A stretch of 37,032 nt of DNA from Squatina squatina (taxonomy: Eukaryota). Location of the stretch: the NCBI GenBank assembly GCA_031763465.1, contig JARFOE010000121.1, forward strand, positions 1,488,023 through 1,525,054, in the 5' to 3' direction. Each line of letters begins with the position of its first letter. Within the stretch, counting starts at the first letter, position 1. Of this stretch, positions 33,041 to 37,032 are shown piece after piece. The translations under genes and the position numbers were made by a program. The notes under the pieces were generated by a model. That model was not told the DNA's origin and did no database searches. It saw only the letters and a list, made by a program, of their open reading frames with translations.

Positions 33041-33079
33041 AGTTCTGACGAAGGGTCATCGACCCGAAACGTTGACTCT
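33039..33079 (+). ncRNA. Minimal type I hammerhead ribozyme motif of a Penelope-like element
   Basis: GGAGTT-CTGACGA-A-GGGTC-ATC-GACCC-GAAA-CGTT-GACTCT: stem I (6 bp including G-U), core CUGANGA/GAAA, perfect 5-bp stem II, palindromic AACGTT in place of stem III. Confidence 0.7.
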
Positions 33080-33115
33080 GTTTTTCTCTCCACAGATGCT
33101 GCCTGACCTGCTGAG
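33039..33115 (+). mobile_element. Penelope-like element terminal repeat/tail
   Basis: TCTGACGAAGGGTCATCGACCCGAAACGTTGACTCTGTTTTTCTCTCCACAGATGCTGCCTGACCTGCTGAG; runs into gap. Confidence 0.75.
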
Positions 33116-33439
33116 NNNNNNNNNNNNNNNNNNNNNNNNNNNNNNNNNNNNNNNNNNNNNNNNNNNNNNNNNNNNNNNNNNNNNNNNNNNNNNNNNNNNN
33201 NNNNNNNNNNNNNNNAGTCGCGTTACGGGCGAGCGTGTTGCAACAGGTATGTGTTTTAAGATAAAGGAGAGAATATCTGAATGAAAGTCGAGTAACAAAT
33301 AGTGATTGTTTACGATCTGCTTCAGTTTAAAATAATGTATAGTTACATGATTTGATCAGATGTTACATAGATTACATGAATTGCATTTATATTTGAAACT
33401 GAATTACTATTACTGATACAGTTCAATTTTACATTGCAG

Positions 33440-33565
33440 CTGTGTATTGTGATTATTACAACGCTCCTGGTGAATGCAGCTGGCACTATCAGCCATGTGG
33501 AACATTAACAACAAAAACATGTTCGGACCATTACATTGGAAAGAAGTATTCTGCAGTTCTTGAAG
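33440..33565 (+). CDS. MUC19: Second MUC19-like TIL3 exon (paralog)
   Basis: ttgcag| ... |gtgctg, 126 nt; [41 protein letters not shown]. Confidence 0.9.
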
Positions 33566-33636
33566 GTGCTGTTTGAACAATAGTTAATATTTTATATGTT
33601 GTTCACTGATTGTATTAAGATATTTCCTGAAATGAT

Positions 33637-33819
33637 GGGGGTGAAATTTGACTGGGGTGGGGATGATAAACGAACGGTATTGCACGGGTCGCCTGTTATA
33701 ATTGATATTCAGCTCTATTAAAGTCAATGCAACCGAATATCGGGCGCTGTGTATAACGGTTGGCTGCTCTAAAATCGCCCGCTTCGCGTCACCACCCGAG
33801 ACGTATTTCTTGGCCCCCC
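33637..33819. mobile_element. Short palindromic Harbinger-type MITE
   Basis: GGGGGTGAAATTTGACTGGGGTGG ... CCACCCGAGACGTATTTCTTGGCCCCC with internal inverted symmetry (GTTATA/TATAAC, GATATTC/GAATATC). Confidence 0.6.
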
Positions 33820-34070
33820 TTTCTGAGGTTTGAGTGCACATGAGATTGAAGCTTTGTAGATATGTGTGGAATAGCAAAGTATTTAAATAGCATTGAATCA
33901 GCCATTATTTCATCAAAGGGACATGTGACTGTTTCCACAGCTAAGGAAGCTTCTGTACCTTTTTAAACACNNNNNNNNNNNNNNNNNNNNNNNNNNNNNN
34001 NNNNNNNNNNNNNNNNNNNNNNNNNNNNNNNNNNNNNNNNNNNNNNNNNNNNNNNNNNNNNNNNNNNNNN

Positions 34071-34192
34071 TTTGCAGAGCTATTGGGAAAGAGTGTGATT
34101 GCTGCACCAGTTGAACAGCGCTTTCAAAGTGCTGGCAGAGGCACAATGTCCAAATGGACTCGTTGTGTGCTGTAAGATTCTGTCATTCTATA
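34071..34192 (+). mobile_element. CR1 LINE 3' tail
   Basis: GCTTTCAAAGTGCTGGCAGAGGCACAATG...AAATGGACTCGTTGTGTGCTGTAAGATTCTGTCATTCTAT. Confidence 0.6.
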
Positions 34193-34809
34193 ATGTAACA
34201 GTCTGAAACCTAAATAATTGAGAATCAAGCACTGATTAACTATATCTCACTGAATCTGTCCAAAAATAGCTTTTTTGTTAACTACAGGCCAAATGTGCTC
34301 ACCAACCTTTCACCTATAGTTCCACCCGAAGGATAAATGTGCTGCTGAAGTGAGGACTATTTCTATTCTCAGCCTCTTAATCCCAACCTCCCATAGGCGG
34401 CCCAATGCAAAACTTTACTCTGCAGGCAGGGTTCACTCAGAGATATACTGAGCACAAGGCAACTATGCACCTATTACCTTCACAGTGGCAGTCATTTAAA
34501 GCGAGAACTTTATTGTGTTTCCAACTGCTGAGATTTTGATAATGAACAAGAAGAAACACTGACCATGACTTTAACTGGTTGCCGTCCTTCACTGATCATA
34601 GTCCTACATTTCTTTTGATAGTTCCTGTGTAAAATTGCTGTGCGTAATCATGGATCACTAAGTTTATTCACTGATTGAATAATAATTTCATTCTACTGTA
34701 GGATTAAATGTTTTTTGTTGGGAGCTGACTGTGTTTATACAAATGAAGTCAAAGCAGCAGAAAGAATTCAAGCTGCAAAACCCCTGGAAATATTTTTAAA
34801 ATACGCACA

Positions 34810-34995
34810 ATTGATTTAAGGGGAATTCAGGGGAAGCTCGATAAGCAGATGAGGGAGAAAGGAATAGAAGGTTTTGCTGATTGGGTTAGATGTGGAGGCG
34901 TGGGAGGAGGCTCGTCTGCAGCATAAATGCCGGCACAAACTAGTTGGGTCGAATGGCCTGTTTCAATGCTGTAGACTTGATATAATTCTATGTAA
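34810..34995 (+). mobile_element. CR1 LINE 3' end
   Basis: TTCAGGGGAAGCTCGATAAGCAGATGAGGGAGAAAGGAATAGAAGG...GGGTCGAATGGCCTGTTTCAATGCTGTA...ATTCTATGTAA. Confidence 0.7.
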
Positions 34996-35068
34996 TTTAG
35001 TATATGTATAAATTGTCTCTCAGATATTTATTTTGAAAAAATTTAATTGGAAGGATCAGTTCGCTTAC

Positions 35069-35279
35069 TTTTCTTGAATTATATCACATATGGTTTTCCC
35101 AGTTTCGCATGTTGGTGTAGGAGGAGCTGGAACGCAAGTCACATTAGTAGGTTCGGTTTGACAATAAGGTTTATTGGGATCGTCAACTCTCCAATCATAT
35201 GCAGTTTTGTGACAACAGTCAGAAGGCTCGACTTTCCCATTCTTCCTTGTGCACTGGGCTGAGGAGTGTGAGCAGGATC
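35069..35279 (-). CDS. Mucin VWD4 end/C8-4 entry exon (minus strand)
   Basis: tcttag| ... |gtaagc, 211 nt; SCSHSSAQCTRKNGKVEPSDCCHKTAYDWRVDDPNKPYCQTEPTNVTCVPAPPTPTCETGKTICDIIQE; in phase with 35412-35595. Confidence 0.85.
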
Positions 35280-35411
35280 CTAAGATAAGAGAAAATGATG
35301 CAGTGTGTTATGTACCAAAGTTTGTTTCACCAATTATCAATAGAATAAAATGCAAGCCATTTGACATGATTTAAAATCATATGATATTACTATGTAATGT
35401 ATATCACATAC

Positions 35412-35595
35412 CACAATGTCCTTGGGTGTTATTAAAGAAGTATCTTTCTGGCACTCTGATCTTAAAATCATTAAGAAAAGCAGTAATGCTTGTTCGAATT
35501 TCAGGAATCGAAATATATGTGCTGCCACCCAGTTTAATAATCTCAAATCCTTTTGAACTGTAGGGAAGACTCACATTGTTTCCATTGACAGTTAA
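35412..35595 (-). CDS. Mucin VWD4 second exon (minus strand)
   Basis: ttcacag| ... |gtatgt, 184 nt; LTVNGNNVSLPYSSKGFEIIKLGGSTYISIPEIRTSITAFLNDFKIRVPERYFFNNTQGHC(G); NNTxGxCG as in MUC2/MUC5 VWD4. Confidence 0.88.
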
Positions 35596-36164
35596 CTGTG
35601 AAAGGAAAAATGGAACTTTAGGAAAACTCTCCAAGCTACAAGAAAGACAAACTATATCAATATATCTTATTAATGCAGTGCATCTAATGTTTCAGGACAA
35701 TTACATTAGCTGGAGCTTATAAGCCAAATAAAGTGAAAGATGAAAATGAGACTCAGCAGATGGGTAATGACAGAATGCTGTTGCTGTGTTTAACACTCTT
35801 TATGCTTATTTGTAATTTGTTGTACTGTTTTAGTGCCTTGCTATATTGGTCAGTTGGTTTAACCCTGTGATAACACGATGGCTTAACACTGTTTAATATG
35901 CCCAGAATCTATTGTTCTAACTCCAAAAGGGAATCCAGAAGTTAAGGCTATTTTGGACACCATTGACTCCAATGTGATTGTCCAGCGATACAGTTAATAT
36001 GGTGGAAAACACTTCATGCCAGTGGACTAAAAACATAGAGGATGGATCCAATTAACTGAAACCATGTTGCATGTTATATATTCCAAATTTCAAAATAGGA
36101 TATGATATCAATGCTAATCTATATTAGTCCAGGCTTTAATAATGATAAACAATTTAAAAAGTAT

Positions 36165-36316
36165 TCTTTAACAAGAGGAAGCCTGGAGTTTGTGTCATGA
36201 GTGACTTGAGTACATAATCTACATAACAACAGTGACTATACTTCATAAGTACTTCATTGGCTGTTAAGAGCTTTGGGATGTCCTAAGGTCATGAAAGGCG
36301 CTGTGTAAGTACAAGT
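36165..36316 (+). mobile_element. Deu-type SINE 3' part
   Basis: AACAGTGACTATACTTCATAAGTACTTCATTGGCTGTTAAGAGCTTTGGGATGTCCTAAGGTCATGAAAGGCGCTGTGTAAGTACAAGT resembles the SacSINE1/DeuSINE tail. Confidence 0.65.
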
Positions 36317-36409
36317 TTGTTCATCATTCGTTTGATCTGAGTTGATGCACCAGTGCTGAGTGAATGTTGCATTGATAGATTTGCATTCCTTTGGATGAAG
36401 TGTTGAACT

Positions 36410-36660
36410 AATTAAAGATCCCATGACTCTATTCAAAGAAGAGCAGTGAGCTCTTCTGTGTTCTGTTCAGTATATCTCCCTTATCCAATGGTAACTGAAC
36501 TGGCCATTCCTCTTCTGGTTGTTGGTAGAATCTTGCTATGCATAAAACAGCTGGCATGTTTGCCTACATAACAGCAGCGACTGCACTCCAATGTAAATGA
36601 CTACAAGAAAAGAGCTTTGAGATGCTTCTGAGCAATGTGATTTGGCATCATATAAACAAT
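36410..36660 (+). mobile_element. Older Deu-type SINE copy
   Basis: TAAAGATCCCATGACTCTATTCAAAGAAGAGCAG (Deu-domain-like) ... CAGCGACTGCACTCCAA ... GCTTTGAGATG. Confidence 0.55.
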
Positions 36661-36675
36661 GATTTTCTTTCTTGT

Positions 36676-37032
36676 GAAACAGGTATAGGGTACCGGGTGC
36701 AGGGGAACGGGTGTAAGGGAACACGTGTAAGGGAACGGGTGCAAGGTAACGGGTGCAAGGGAACAGGCGGAGGGGAACGGGTATAGGGGAACCGGTGAGG
36801 GGGAACGGGTGTGGGGGAACTGGTGTAGGGGACCGATGTAGGGGAACGGGTGTAAGGGAACAGGTATAGGGAACGGTTGTGAGGGAACATGTGTAAGGGA
36901 AGGGTGTAGGGGAACGGGTGCAGGGGAACGGGTGCAGGGGAACGGGTGTAAGGGAACGGGTGTAAGGGAACGGGTGTAGGGGAACGGGTGTAGGGGAACG
37001 GGTGTAGGGGAACGGGTGTAAGGGAACACGTG
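36676..37032 (+). repeat. G-rich minisatellite, 14-bp unit GGGAACGGGTGTA(A/G), about 25 copies, continues past window end
   Basis: Direct tandem repetition, more homogeneous towards the 3' end; explains the Pro-rich minus-strand ORFs. Confidence 0.95.

Noticed and set aside
36601-37029. Pro/Thr-rich minus-strand ORFs that could be taken for a mucin PTS domain
   Set aside because: The unit is 14 bp (not a multiple of 3) and the product is rich in His/Phe/Tyr/Cys; it is a by-product of the minisatellite. No true PTS exon is visible in the window
1-37032. CRISPR arrays, operons, tRNA or rRNA genes
   Set aside because: Sequence is spliced vertebrate DNA; no repeat-spacer array or structured tRNA/rRNA was seen

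Overview
Eukaryotic, intron-rich vertebrate DNA from a fragmented assembly (about 16 N-gaps, most exactly 100 N, so true size unknown). The repeat content (CR1/L2 LINE ends, Penelope tails, Deu-type SINEs, GC-rich Harbinger-type MITEs) suggests a cartilaginous fish; this is an inference. Bases 357-7217 (+) hold four recognisable 3' exons of LRRK2: the kinase DYG exon, a WD40 exon, and the last two exons including the stop. About 6 kb downstream (+), a TATA box and signal-peptide exon open a cluster of gel-forming mucin exons most like MUC19, matching the mammalian LRRK2-MUC19 gene order. The mucin modules are duplicated: two diverged D'D3 blocks, two VWD4 entry modules (one GDPH, one GEPH), two TIL3 exons, and two further VWD4 exons on the minus strand. 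One copy has apparent lesions (truncated exon, GT>AT donor). Introns carry a decayed two-gene Harbinger transposon, a pogo/Tigger-type element with unexplained cargo, a histone H2A fragment, a decayed viral env/fusion-protein-like fragment, a Penelope-type minimal hammerhead ribozyme and a G-rich 14-bp minisatellite. Contig order and orientation across gaps cannot be verified, so gene models spanning gaps are provisional. Comparisons with human proteins and repeat consensi are from memory, not from searches.
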